Shown here in pieces: positions 47,312-56,883 of a DNA stretch of 64,000 bases (within the stretch, counting starts at the first letter, position 1; the number at the start of each line of letters is the position of its first letter). Below the pieces are notes generated by a model, which was not told where the DNA came from, did not search any database, and worked only from the letters and a program-made list of their open reading frames with translations. This stretch comes from Acidimicrobiia bacterium (GTDB lineage Bacteria; Actinomycetota; Acidimicrobiia; Spongiisociales; Spongiisociaceae). A program made the translations under genes and the position numbers. The stretch spans positions 26,577 to 90,576 of the forward strand of contig JBFGLM010000014.1 in NCBI GenBank assembly GCA_041576165.1, in the 5' to 3' direction.

Positions 47312-48327
47312 CCATCCTGGACGAACGAGCTCGCCACGCGGCGAGAGAGTTGAATAGCGCAGTGGCGGAAGCCGACCTGCTGTTGTTCGAGTCGGGTATC
47401 CCCGCACTTCGTCAAACGCCGGTCGTCACCCACAATCGGTCGCGCACCTTCGTATTCGCCGGCGCATTTGCGGCTGTGTTGCTGTTCGTCGGTCTGACAC
47501 TTGCTCCGGGCCGCATGACTGCACCGACCGATCCTGAGGGCGAAGCTGCCACCAGGCAGCCCAGCCCTGCCGCTGATGTTGTGACTGTGGACGGTGATCC
47601 AGATGCGAGAACACCGACAACGGCCGACGGCGAAGGCGCTCCGGTGACATCGATTGCAGTGGCCGACCTGACCCCTCCTGCCATCACCGTTACGTCACCA
47701 GAGAACGATGCTGAGTACACGGCCGACGACTTCGGTGGCGCGGCTGTCCCGCTGGTCGAGTTCAGCGGCAGCGCCGAGCCGGGATCGACCGTCGTGGCTC
47801 GCACCGGCGTCGACCCGGAGCCGACAGTCGCGGTCGGCCCAGACGGACTGTGGTCGATCGAGCTGATTCTGCAGGCCGGGACCAATCCGGTCCGCTTCAC
47901 AGCGTTTGATGCGGCGGGGAACGAGCAGGACGCCACGGTGACGGTCACCTACACACCGGAGACGTCCGCCACAACGACCACCACCCAGCCGGCCGTCGAA
48001 AGTCCGCCGAAGGATGATCCGTCGGGGGAGGATCGTCGGGAAACCCCAGACGATGCTCCCTCGACGGTCGCCTTTACTGCGGCCGCCACCGCGGGTGAGG
48101 CCTCCGGCAATCCGGCGACGGACGTCTTCTCTGGCACCGCCGCTACCGGCTCGCGAGTCACACTGACCTCCGAGTACGGCGACGCAACTGCGGTCGCAGG
48201 CGCTGATGGCACCTGGAGCGTCACGATGGCCTTCCGGAATGCCCCGCTCGAGCAGCCCTTCCTGGTCACCGCCGCAGATGACTCAGGAAACCGGCTGAAG
48301 CTCGAATTCGTGGTCCGCGCCGGCTGA
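47308..48327 (+). CDS. Putative anti-sigma factor with single TM and extracellular Ig-like domains
   Basis: ATGA overlap with sigma; LDERARHAA N-terminus, TM FVFAGAFAAVLLFVGL, DLTPPAITVTSP..DAAGN Ig-like motif. Confidence 0.75.
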   Translation: MTILDERARHAARELNSAVAEADLLLFESGIPALRQTPVVTHNRSRTFVFAGAFAAVLLFVGLTLAPGRMTAPTDPEGEAATRQPSPAADVVTVDGDPDARTPTTADGEGAPVTSIAVADLTPPAITVTSPENDAEYTADDFGGAAVPLVEFSGSAEPGSTVVARTGVDPEPTVAVGPDGLWSIELILQAGTNPVRFTAFDAAGNEQDATVTVTYTPETSATTTTTQPAVESPPKDDPSGEDRRETPDDAPSTVAFTAAATAGEASGNPATDVFSGTAATGSRVTLTSEYGDATAVAGADGTWSVTMAFRNAPLEQPFLVTAADDSGNRLKLEFVVRAG

Positions 48328-49086
48328 TCAAGCCGACCGCGGGACGTGCTCGGGCGCGAGTTCTTTGGCGCGCTCCAGCGTCTCGGCCGGTAACTCGTCC
48401 GCGATCATCTCGAAGCGGGCCCGAAACGCCTCGACGATTGCGTCCCGGACAGACTCCCAGCTGACGTTCGGCCGCTCGGATCTGACGTCGCCTGTCGCTT
48501 CCGGTCGCCAGTTCAGCCCCAGCTCTCGGTACACGGGTGTCAATGCTCGATTGACGAGATCGCGGCCGCCGACGACGACCACACCGCCGACGTGGGCCGC
48601 CCGCCGGGTCAATCGCTGGCCGGTGCCGACCAGCTTGCGCTCGCCCCGCGCGTTCACGCTGTAGTTCCCCGGGCAGTACTCACCAGGAACTTCGCCGATA
48701 CCGGCGTCGATCCCCAGCCCCTGTAGCGCCGACACCATGATCCGGCCCAACGTGAGGAAGCGCTCCGTGACGCCTTCCTTGGGTGATGCCTCGGGCATCG
48801 CCCATCCGAAGGCAATCGTCTCTGCGTGAAATATGGCCGCCCGGCCGCCGGCTAGACGCTCGATCGGCGTGAATCCAAACGCCCGGGCCGCCCGCACCGC
48901 GCCCAGATAGCCGGGCGACGCTGCGTCTTGACGTCCGAACGCCACGACGTCGCCGGGTCGGTGGATCCGCAGCGTCTCCGGTTCGCTCCCCTCGTCGACC
49001 CCGAGGAGCACGGCACGCGACACCGCGGTGTCCAAGGCAGGATCGTGAGCGAACTCATCGGTGATCAGGCGGATAGTTCGTGACAT
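48328..49086 (-). CDS. Lipoate-protein ligase family (LplA/LipL-like)
   Basis: RLAGGRAAIFH, GEVPGEYCPGNYSVN, KLVGTGQR. Confidence 0.85.
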   Translation of the reverse strand: MSRTIRLITDEFAHDPALDTAVSRAVLLGVDEGSEPETLRIHRPGDVVAFGRQDAASPGYLGAVRAARAFGFTPIERLAGGRAAIFHAETIAFGWAMPEASPKEGVTERFLTLGRIMVSALQGLGIDAGIGEVPGEYCPGNYSVNARGERKLVGTGQRLTRRAAHVGGVVVVGGRDLVNRALTPVYRELGLNWRPEATGDVRSERPNVSWESVRDAIVEAFRARFEMIADELPAETLERAKELAPEHVPRSA

Positions 49087-49110
49087 CGTGTTTGGCAGCG
49101 TATCGTTAAG

Positions 49111-49138
49111 GGAACTTCACGCGGGCCAGGAACGTCTT
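49111..49138 (+). promoter_or_regulatory. Candidate ECF promoter GGAACT-N16-CGTCTT
   Basis: Canonical AAC/CGT ECF elements 8 nt before the ATG at 49147. Confidence 0.5.
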
Positions 49139-49146
49139 TTCAGTAG

Positions 49147-50001
49147 ATGGCCGTCAGAAACGACCGATTGTTGCGGGTAGCAGCCAGTGTCGTCGCAGCG
49201 ACGATGCTGTTCGCCGCGTGCGGGGAGGCCTCGCTCGGTGATGTTGGTCAACGTTCGACAGATTGGATCGGCGACGTCCAGGCTTCGTCCACCACGGCCA
49301 CGACGCTTCTCGCCCAGGCCGTCGAAGCACGGGTCGCCGGGCTGGCGTTGAGCTCGGCGGCGGGGATCGAGTGGGTCAACGACAGTCTGGCCATTTCGGA
49401 TCCGGGTCTAGATGCAGCATCAGTCGCGGGTGAGGTGTGGCGTCGCAGCGGACGGGCGGACGCGTATGTCCAGGCACACCGGGCGGATATTGCATCTGCG
49501 CTGCCCGGGGTCAAGTTCCCCGGCGCGATCCCGGCCTCGGTGGAGCATGTCACGAGCCAGCTGGTGTACAAGCCAAACACGGGACGGTTGGCTTCCGAAG
49601 TGGCTGCTGCCTTTGGGCTCTGGTCGGTACAGCCCTATAGCCAGAGCCGCGTCGTGGGACAGCAGGCGGTCCTGCTGGTCGGTCTTGCCGGCGAACCAAG
49701 TGAGGAGATCGAAGACCCGTGCCTGCGAGTGCAACTGGCGGACGCACTCGCCTGCCGGGACCTGTCGATCGACGGCCAGGAAGCCGCTGAGTTTCAGGTC
49801 GAGGGCGGGGTGCGGTTCGTTTGGTGGGACGATGTGTACCGCTACGAACTGTTCTACCGCACCGACGAAGAACCGGAAGTCGGCCTCCTGATGGCCGAAT
49901 CCATGGTGGAACTGGCCCACATCGAGGAACAGGCCTTCGAAGCCTATCGAGGCGTGGCCGGCCGGCCCGTCGTAGTAGAGGACACCGCACCAACGAAGTG
50001 A
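49147..50001 (+). CDS. Hypothetical lipoprotein
   Basis: Lipobox FAAC; high-GC3 coding pattern. Confidence 0.75.
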   Translation: MAVRNDRLLRVAASVVAATMLFAACGEASLGDVGQRSTDWIGDVQASSTTATTLLAQAVEARVAGLALSSAAGIEWVNDSLAISDPGLDAASVAGEVWRRSGRADAYVQAHRADIASALPGVKFPGAIPASVEHVTSQLVYKPNTGRLASEVAAAFGLWSVQPYSQSRVVGQQAVLLVGLAGEPSEEIEDPCLRVQLADALACRDLSIDGQEAAEFQVEGGVRFVWWDDVYRYELFYRTDEEPEVGLLMAESMVELAHIEEQAFEAYRGVAGRPVVVEDTAPTK

Positions 50002-50319
50002 GGTTTCGACGGCGGCAGGCCGCCGTCGAGTGGCGCCACCTTCGGGTGGCGTTCGTTTAGGGACCGGCCTGTCGGCCGCGCCGCTGCTGGGTCGCACCGC
50101 ACAGGCCGCTGCGCCCCAGTGCGAGGAGGACGGCCGGAGCCTATTCCCCCCCCCTGTAAGGGCCGACGCCGCCGCGGCGTCGCTCGCCTGCGGCTTCGCT
50201 CACTGCCTGTCCGGCTGTAGCTGTAGCTGTGGCCGTCGGGGTCCGCTGGGCTGCGGCTTCGCGTCTGCGCACTCGCGCGTCTGCCGTATCCTGACGGCAC
50301 ACTACGAAGGGAATCTGCC

Positions 50320-52212
50320 ATCTTCCATCAAGGGGGCTGGTGGTCGTACCTGCGGTATGACGAAGACCAGCGTGCACCGGATATCGATCGGTCCTTGCTG
50401 GGACGGGTGTTCGCGTATGGGCGACCGTACCGGACTGAGCTGATCGGAGTGGTCGTCACGATCTTCGTCATCTCGACTCTGAGCGTCGTTCCCTCCCTCC
50501 TCATTCGGGAGTTGGTTGACGTAGCGATTCCCGAGCGGAACGTCGGACTGCTGACCGTGCTCGGGGCGGGGATGATCGGGGTGCCGTTTGTCAACGCAGT
50601 GGTGGGAGCGGTGCAGCGGTGGCTGTCATCGCGGGCCGGCGAGGGCATCATCTTCGACCTCAGGCGCGCGTTGTATACCCACTTGCAGGGCATGTCACTC
50701 CGGTTCTTCACCTCAACCCGTACCGGTGAGCTGATCTCGCGTCTCGACAACGACGTGGTGGGTGCACAGCAGGCGATCACCGGCACCTTTGTGACGATTG
50801 CGTCGAACATCGTTTCGGTGGCCGTGATCCTGGTGGTGATGATCCAGGCCGAGTGGCGTCTGACCCTCCTGGCCGTCGCCGCGTTGCCGCTCTTCGTGTA
50901 TCCGGCCCGCCGGGTTGCGCGGGTGCTGCGGAAGATCACCCAGCGCCAGATGGAGCACAACGCGTCGATGAGCGCCATCCTCCAGGAGACCTTCAACGTG
51001 TCGGGCGCATTGCTGGTGAAGTTGTTCAATCGAGGTGACAGCGAGGTAGCCAGATTCTCGGAAGAGGCGGGAATGGTGCGCGATCTCGGTGTGCAGCGGG
51101 CCGTCGTCGGCCGCTGGTTCTTCGCGGCGCTGGGCCTGGTCAGCGCGGTGGGTACCGCTGCGGTCTTCTGGGTGGGTGGCTTCATGGTCATCAACGGCGG
51201 GCTTACCCTGGGGACAATCGTGATGTTTTCAACGCTGTTGAACCAGCTCTACGGACCACTCTCGGCGATTACCAATGCGCGGGTTGAGTTCGCAACTTCG
51301 CTCGTTTCGTTCGAGCGAGTGTTCGAGGTGCTGGACCTTCGTCACGACATAGCCGAAGTGGCCCAGCCAGAGCCGCTGGGTGCGATCTCCGGCTCGGTCG
51401 AGTTCGACGACGTGCGCTTCCGTTACCAGGGCGATGATCCAGTCGGCCTGGCAGCGACCAAGCGTTTCGGGCGGCCCGGCGACGACGACGGGGGCACGAG
51501 TCCCGCCGGTACGCGGGAATGGGCGTTGGAGGGCATTTCCTTCAAGGTCGAGCCGGGCGAGCTGGTTGCGCTGGTGGGCCCGAGCGGCGCCGGGAAAACG
51601 ACCATCAGCTATTTGCTCCCCCGCCTCTACGACGTGACGGAAGGGGCGGTTCGGATCGACGGCGTGGACGTGCGCGATACAGCGCTGTCGGATCTGGCGG
51701 AAGGAATCGGGGTCGTGACCCAGGAGTCGTATCTGTTCCACGACACGATCGCCGCCAATCTCCGCTACGCAAAACCGAACGCCAGCATCGGGGAACTCGC
51801 GGAGGCGGCCAGCGCGGCGAACATCCTTGACTTCATCGAGTCACTGCCGGACGGCTTCGAAACGGTGGTGGGTGAACGCGGCTATCGGCTCTCCGGCGGT
51901 GAAAAGCAACGAATGGCGATCGCCCGGGTCATATTGAAGGACCCGTGCATCCTGATTCTCGATGAGGCCACGTCGCATCTGGACTCCCAGTCGGAGGCGC
52001 TCATTCAGGACGCGCTCGAACGGGTGATGATGGACCGCACATCGATCGTGATCGCCCACCGGCTGTCGACGATCCTTGCTGCCGACCAGATCCTCGTGCT
52101 GGACCGCGGCCGGCTGGTCGAATCCGGGACCCACGCCGAGTTGCTCGCTCGTGGCGGGTTGTATGCCGACCTGTTCGAGACCCAGTTTCGGGCCGAAGTC
52201 AGGGCGGGTTGA
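50320..52212 (+). CDS. ABC transporter fused permease/ATP-binding protein (MdlB/MsbA-like), probable ATC start
   Basis: TMD with TRTGELISRLDNDV; GPSGAGKT, LSGGEKQR, ILDEATSHLD, IAHRLST; frame extends 5' of the ORF-track TTG (50395) to ATC-FHQGGWWSYL. Confidence 0.9.
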   Translation: MFHQGGWWSYLRYDEDQRAPDIDRSLLGRVFAYGRPYRTELIGVVVTIFVISTLSVVPSLLIRELVDVAIPERNVGLLTVLGAGMIGVPFVNAVVGAVQRWLSSRAGEGIIFDLRRALYTHLQGMSLRFFTSTRTGELISRLDNDVVGAQQAITGTFVTIASNIVSVAVILVVMIQAEWRLTLLAVAALPLFVYPARRVARVLRKITQRQMEHNASMSAILQETFNVSGALLVKLFNRGDSEVARFSEEAGMVRDLGVQRAVVGRWFFAALGLVSAVGTAAVFWVGGFMVINGGLTLGTIVMFSTLLNQLYGPLSAITNARVEFATSLVSFERVFEVLDLRHDIAEVAQPEPLGAISGSVEFDDVRFRYQGDDPVGLAATKRFGRPGDDDGGTSPAGTREWALEGISFKVEPGELVALVGPSGAGKTTISYLLPRLYDVTEGAVRIDGVDVRDTALSDLAEGIGVVTQESYLFHDTIAANLRYAKPNASIGELAEAASAANILDFIESLPDGFETVVGERGYRLSGGEKQRMAIARVILKDPCILILDEATSHLDSQSEALIQDALERVMMDRTSIVIAHRLSTILAADQILVLDRGRLVESGTHAELLARGGLYADLFETQFRAEVRAG

Positions 52213-52257
52213 GGCGTCGTTGCGAAAATGTCACACCCGGCTGGCAGGGTGAAGGAC

Positions 52258-52635
52258 ATGGAACCCATACCTGGCTCACCCGACAACCAGACCTGCCGTC
52301 ATGTCGCGCAGCGGTTTGCCGGCCTCCACGTCGTGGCTTGCGGCAACTGCGGACATGTCGAGTATCGGGACCCGCAGGGGTCCGTTGCGTCTGCGGTGGC
52401 CCTCGCCAGGCTGTTTGGTGACTTCGATCTGGCAGCAACGCTGCCGGCTCTCCATGCTCCGGGTCACGCCGTGCGGCTGTACGAGGCTCCGACCCGGGCA
52501 CAGCGCCGCCACCTGGCCGCGTTTCCAGCGCACCAATGGTTCGAGGTCGACGAAGGCTTGTGGCTTGCCCATGACGAGCGGTACCTGCTGCTGGCCACAT
52601 CCCGGCCGATCGATCTCCAGCTGACCGGCGCGTGA
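52258..52635 (+). CDS. Hypothetical protein with Cys/His zinc-ribbon-like N-terminus
   Basis: AAGGA RBS; CRH..CGNCGH; fills the gap between convergent neighbours. Confidence 0.6.
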   Translation: MEPIPGSPDNQTCRHVAQRFAGLHVVACGNCGHVEYRDPQGSVASAVALARLFGDFDLAATLPALHAPGHAVRLYEAPTRAQRRHLAAFPAHQWFEVDEGLWLAHDERYLLLATSRPIDLQLTGA

Positions 52636-52652
52636 CGCCAGACCCTGGGGCT

Positions 52653-54059
52653 TCAGGCGGCAAGCGCCAGTCGGTCAATGAGATCCCACAACGCGTCCAC
52701 GTGGGCGCGGCGGGTGTTGGTCTGACCGATCGCCACACGAATGAACCGGGTGTCGCCGACGACCGAGGCGGTGAGGTAGGCAGATCCCGTCCGGTTGATC
52801 GCCTCGGCCAGAGCGTCGGTGGCCGCATTACCGCCAACGTGCCGGAAGGAGACGAGCGAGAATGTCGTCGGAGCGATCATCTCGAAGCGGTGATCGGCTA
52901 GCAGGCGCTGTTCGAGGTCCCGAGCCAGCTCCACGTGTTCGCGCACCAATGCTCGCAGTCCGGTCGCGCCATAGGTTCTGAGCACCCACCAGAGTTTCAG
53001 TGCCCGGAAGCGTCGACCCAGCGACACATGCCAATCGCGGTAGTCGATGACGTCGCCCGACTCGCTGGCCGCGTTGCGCAGGTAGGGGGGCACTATGGTC
53101 AGCGTCTCTGTGAGCTCGCGCCGGTCCGACACGTAGAACACCGAACAGTCGAAGTTGGTCGCCATCCATTTGTGAGGATTGAAGGTGTAGGAATCAACGC
53201 CGGCCAGACCATCCTGGTGGTGGCGAAACTCGGGGCACAGCATCGCCGTCCCGGCAAACGCAGCGTCCACATGGTGCCACAGCCGGTCCATGCGAGCGAT
53301 GTCGCCTATCGATGCCACCGGATCCACAGCAGTCGTGCCGGTCGTTCCGATGGTGGAGGCAACGAATGCCGGCACCAGCCCCCCGGCCCGGTCCGCCTCG
53401 ATCGAATCACTCAGAGCGTCCGGCCGCATGGCGAACTCGTCATCCACATCGATCAGACGCACGTGGCGGAAGCCGGCGGCCTTGGCGCCCTTCTCGATCG
53501 AGCTGTGGGCCTGCGCCGACGTGTAGACCACCATGTCGTCGACGGCCGCCCCGCGGGTTCGGGCTCGCTCGCGTGCCACCAGCATCGCTGTGTGGGTCGA
53601 GTCGGACGCGCTCATCTGGATCACGCCACCGCCCGAGCCGGTGCTCTTCCAATGTTGTGGCAACTCGAGCAGGTCAACGAACCAGTCGAGCACGTGGGTT
53701 TCGATCTCGGTCAGAGCCGGAGAGGTCGACCACAACATGCCCTGCTGGCCGAGGCCGGCTGCGGCCAGCTCACCGAGGATCGACGGGAAGGATGCGTTGG
53801 CCGGGAAGAAGGCAAACCAGTTGGGGGACTGCCAGTGGACGAGGCCGGGTGCGACGACCCGATCGAGATCCGCGACAATCTCCCCAAACGGTTCGGGCTG
53901 CTCGGGCGCTTGTGGGGGGAGGAGGGCCCGAATGTCACCGGGCTTGACGTCGGATTGGACCGGAAGGTGTTCCAGGCGCTCCCAATAGTCCGCGATCCAG
54001 TCGATGAGGAGACGTCCAAACTCGCGAAACTCCTCGGGTGACATTGGCTCCGGGTTCAT
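52653..54059 (-). CDS. PLP-dependent aromatic-L-amino-acid decarboxylase (group II)
   Basis: HWQSPNWFAFFP, AHSSIEK, HVDAAFAG, FNPHKW, LGRRFRALKLW. Confidence 0.93.
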   Translation of the reverse strand: MNPEPMSPEEFREFGRLLIDWIADYWERLEHLPVQSDVKPGDIRALLPPQAPEQPEPFGEIVADLDRVVAPGLVHWQSPNWFAFFPANASFPSILGELAAAGLGQQGMLWSTSPALTEIETHVLDWFVDLLELPQHWKSTGSGGGVIQMSASDSTHTAMLVARERARTRGAAVDDMVVYTSAQAHSSIEKGAKAAGFRHVRLIDVDDEFAMRPDALSDSIEADRAGGLVPAFVASTIGTTGTTAVDPVASIGDIARMDRLWHHVDAAFAGTAMLCPEFRHHQDGLAGVDSYTFNPHKWMATNFDCSVFYVSDRRELTETLTIVPPYLRNAASESGDVIDYRDWHVSLGRRFRALKLWWVLRTYGATGLRALVREHVELARDLEQRLLADHRFEMIAPTTFSLVSFRHVGGNAATDALAEAINRTGSAYLTASVVGDTRFIRVAIGQTNTRRAHVDALWDLIDRLALAA

Positions 54060-54147
54060 GATCACCTCCGTGAGCCGCCACCGTAATCAACTGCGCCACC
54101 AAGAAGTCCGGATGCGGGGTCCCGGCAGAAAGCTCCCGGCAGCTGAA

Positions 54148-54468
54148 TCAGGCTCCGAGGGCCCGGCTCAAGACCGCCAGTCGTTCCGACACCGCTCGGT
54201 AGTAGACCCATCGACCCTGCCTCGTGCTCTCGACCAGGCCGGCCTCGCGCAGCACCTTGAGATGATGGCTAACGGTGGGCTGGGATACGCCGAGCGGCTC
54301 GACCAGGTCACATGCTGCGCAGGCTTCGCCGGCAGCCGCAATCAAGCTCAACAATCGCAGCCGGGTGGGGTCGGCGAGGACCGAAAACCAGCGGGCCAGA
54401 CGCCGGGACTCGGTCATCTGCAGCGGTTCGTCGAGCAACGGCTCGCAGCACTGCTCAACTATGTCCAT
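54148..54468 (-). CDS. ArsR/SmtB family regulator (Rv2640c-like)
   Basis: CCEPL, LADPTRLRLLSLI, EACAACDL, SQPTVSHHLKVL, GRWVYY. Confidence 0.92.
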   Translation of the reverse strand: MDIVEQCCEPLLDEPLQMTESRRLARWFSVLADPTRLRLLSLIAAAGEACAACDLVEPLGVSQPTVSHHLKVLREAGLVESTRQGRWVYYRAVSERLAVLSRALGA

Positions 54469-54691
54469 CGGACACCCGAATGGTCAGGCCCTCGATCACG
54501 GCCGGCGGCAATAGCCGGAAGCTGACACGGCCGTCACGAAGGATGTCATCTGACCGCTCACGGCCGTTTGGAATCCGGGTCCTGTGGCTTCGCGCCATGC
54601 GCACAGCGGATTGGCCGGGGCCGGAGACTGCCGGGTCAATGGCCGACGCCGGGATCGTTCGATGCTCGTGAAACGCATGTGCCTACTCCTT

Positions 54692-54757
54692 ATATATAGG
54701 CAATCGTCTATATATGAGAGAGTTCATCGTGACGCAAATATAGATGTTTGTCAATAC
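54692..54757 (-). promoter_or_regulatory. Promoter (TTGACA-N17-CACGAT) with two ArsR-type palindromic operators
   Basis: ATATATAGGC-aatc-GTCTATATAT (54692-54715) and ATATAGATGTTTGTCAATAC (54738-54757). Confidence 0.7.
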
Positions 54758-54846
54758 ATAATCCGGTTTCGAGCAGGTGAACCGAGCGTGTCGCCAGGTA
54801 GGGCCTGCCTGCGACGGGTAACCGGAAGGACACCTAGGCTCTGCCC

Positions 54847-55932
54847 ATGGTCACGTTGCGAAAAGGTCTGACAGCACTTCGCCCTTACGTACCGGGTCGA
54901 GGCGAGCGGGAGATCATGGATCTGTATGGCCTGAGTGAGGTCATCAAACTCGCCTCCAATGAATCACCCACGTCACCGTTCCCGGAAGTCGTCGCAGCGA
55001 TCCGAGGGGCGGCCACCGAAGTCAACCGGTATCCGGAAACCACGTATACCGAGCTTGGGGCCGCGGTGGGAGCGCTCATCGGAGTGAATCCCGATCACCT
55101 CTGGTTCGGTGGAGGAGGCGCGGAACTCCTGCGCGAAATGGCCCTGGCAGTCGCGGGCCCGGGAACGAGCATCGTGTACCCCCACCCGAGCTTCGTTGTC
55201 TACGCCCTTGCCGCGACCATCACCGGCTCCGAGGCGATTCCGGTGGCCCTCGATGGCCAGCATCGGCTGCAGCTGGACGCTATGGGCGCCGCCGTGAGAG
55301 ACGATACCGCGGTGGTGTTCGTGTGCAATCCGAACAATCCGACCGGTACCCACGTTCCGACGGCCGATGTGCGACGCTTGCTCGACCAGGTCCCTGATCG
55401 AGTACTGGTAGTGGTCGACGAGGCGTACCTCCACTACGTCGCCGCGGATGATTACGAAACGATGGTCCCGCTCGTGGACGCCTACCAGAACCTGATCGTG
55501 CTGCACACATTTTCGAAGGTGTACGCCTTGGCCGGTTTGCGGATCGGTTACGCCGTCGGCAACGCGGACCTGATCGCTGAGTTGCGCCGGGTACAGCTCC
55601 CGTTCACCGCAAACCGGGTTGCGCAGGTGGCGGCACTCGAGGCCGTGCGGCATCAAGATCAAGTGGAAGCGGCCGTGTTACGAAATGCGCGGGGGCGCGA
55701 TGCGCTGGTCGTCGGCCTCACCGCCCGCGATGTCCCTGTTGCCGATAGTCAGACGAATTTCGTGTACTGCCGCTTGCCCGGCGATCCGGCGGCCACCGCC
55801 GAGGGTTTTCTGGAGCGAGGCGTGATCGTGCGGCCCACGTCGACTGAGTGGACGCGCGTCAGCGTCGGAACGTTGGACGAGATCGAGACATTTCTGGCTG
55901 TGTACGACGACCTCGTGGGCGGCTCAGCCTGA
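54847..55932 (+). CDS. Histidinol-phosphate/aromatic aminotransferase (HisC/Pat family)
   Basis: KLASNE, NRYP, CNPNNPTG, DEAY, TFSKVYALAGLRIGY. Confidence 0.92.
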   Translation: MVTLRKGLTALRPYVPGRGEREIMDLYGLSEVIKLASNESPTSPFPEVVAAIRGAATEVNRYPETTYTELGAAVGALIGVNPDHLWFGGGGAELLREMALAVAGPGTSIVYPHPSFVVYALAATITGSEAIPVALDGQHRLQLDAMGAAVRDDTAVVFVCNPNNPTGTHVPTADVRRLLDQVPDRVLVVVDEAYLHYVAADDYETMVPLVDAYQNLIVLHTFSKVYALAGLRIGYAVGNADLIAELRRVQLPFTANRVAQVAALEAVRHQDQVEAAVLRNARGRDALVVGLTARDVPVADSQTNFVYCRLPGDPAATAEGFLERGVIVRPTSTEWTRVSVGTLDEIETFLAVYDDLVGGSA

Positions 55933-55959
55933 GGTGCGTACCCCTCGCACCGCGTTCCA

Positions 55960-56883
55960 TCAAGTGCCGACCTCGGTCCAACCATCGTCGTTCAGCTCAA
56001 CGATCCTGCCCCGGGGCGGCCGCACGGACTCAATGCCGTGCAGAGCGTACGCGAGCATCTCCACGCCGTCGATTAGCCGCGGCCCGGGCCGGCTGAAGTA
56101 GGCCGACCCATCGGCGAGAAAGACGCGGGCGTTCTTGGCGAACAGCAGCCAGTCCTCGCTGTTGCACATCGCTTCGAAGTGCTCGACTGAGGTCCCCAGG
56201 TCGAAACCGCAGAATGCCAGCAGCACGACATCGGGGTTGACGCGAGTCAGATCATGCCAGGCGGTGCGACTCGACTTCTCCCCGGAGGTCCCCAGCAGAT
56301 TCACCCCGCCAGCAGCTTCGACCATGTCCGGCACCCAGTGGCCGGGCACGAAAGGCGGATCGGGCCACTCGAGCGCAGCCACCGTCGGATGAGGGCGCCG
56401 CCGAGTGGATCGGCGCACCGCCGCCAGCCGGTCGCTGAGGCTGCCGACGAGCTGGTCGACGTTGGGAGCTCCGACCTGATGGCCGATCTCCGCGATCGAA
56501 AACAAGAGGTCGTCCAGCGTGTGCGGGTCGGAGGCAACGACCCGAGCGGCGCGCGGCATGGTGCAGATGGCAGCTTCCACCGTGGCGGTAGGAATGGCGC
56601 AGACCTCGCAGAGGTTCTGGGTGACGATCACATCAGGCTCGAGCGCCCGGAGCCGGTCTTCGTGGAGCCGGTAGATGGTGTGTATATCGGATACCGAGGC
56701 AGCGACGGCTGCGTCGATCTCGGACGGCGAGAGACCGCTCGCCAGCAGATCCTCGGTCACGCGCGGAAGATCGCTTGCCGCAGCCGGGTAGTCACATTCG
56801 TGGGTCACGCCGATGACGTCGTCGCCTACTCCCAGGGCAAACAGGATTTCGGTTGCGCTCGGCAACAGCGAGACGATGCGCAT
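55960..56883 (-). CDS. Cobalamin/Fe-siderophore-binding (BtuF-like) protein without signal peptide
   Basis: MRIVSLLPSATEIL, VTHECDYP, TQNLCEVCA, GHWVPDMV, DGSAYFSRPGPRL. Confidence 0.88.
   Translation of the reverse strand: MRIVSLLPSATEILFALGVGDDVIGVTHECDYPAAASDLPRVTEDLLASGLSPSEIDAAVAASVSDIHTIYRLHEDRLRALEPDVIVTQNLCEVCAIPTATVEAAICTMPRAARVVASDPHTLDDLLFSIAEIGHQVGAPNVDQLVGSLSDRLAAVRRSTRRRPHPTVAALEWPDPPFVPGHWVPDMVEAAGGVNLLGTSGEKSSRTAWHDLTRVNPDVVLLAFCGFDLGTSVEHFEAMCNSEDWLLFAKNARVFLADGSAYFSRPGPRLIDGVEMLAYALHGIESVRPPRGRIVELNDDGWTEVGT

Noticed and set aside
50002-50286. Intergenic CTGCGGCTTCGC x2 and GCTGTA-like triplet repeat as ncRNA or REP element
   Set aside because: Short GC-rich matches with no convincing extended structure or further copies seen in the window
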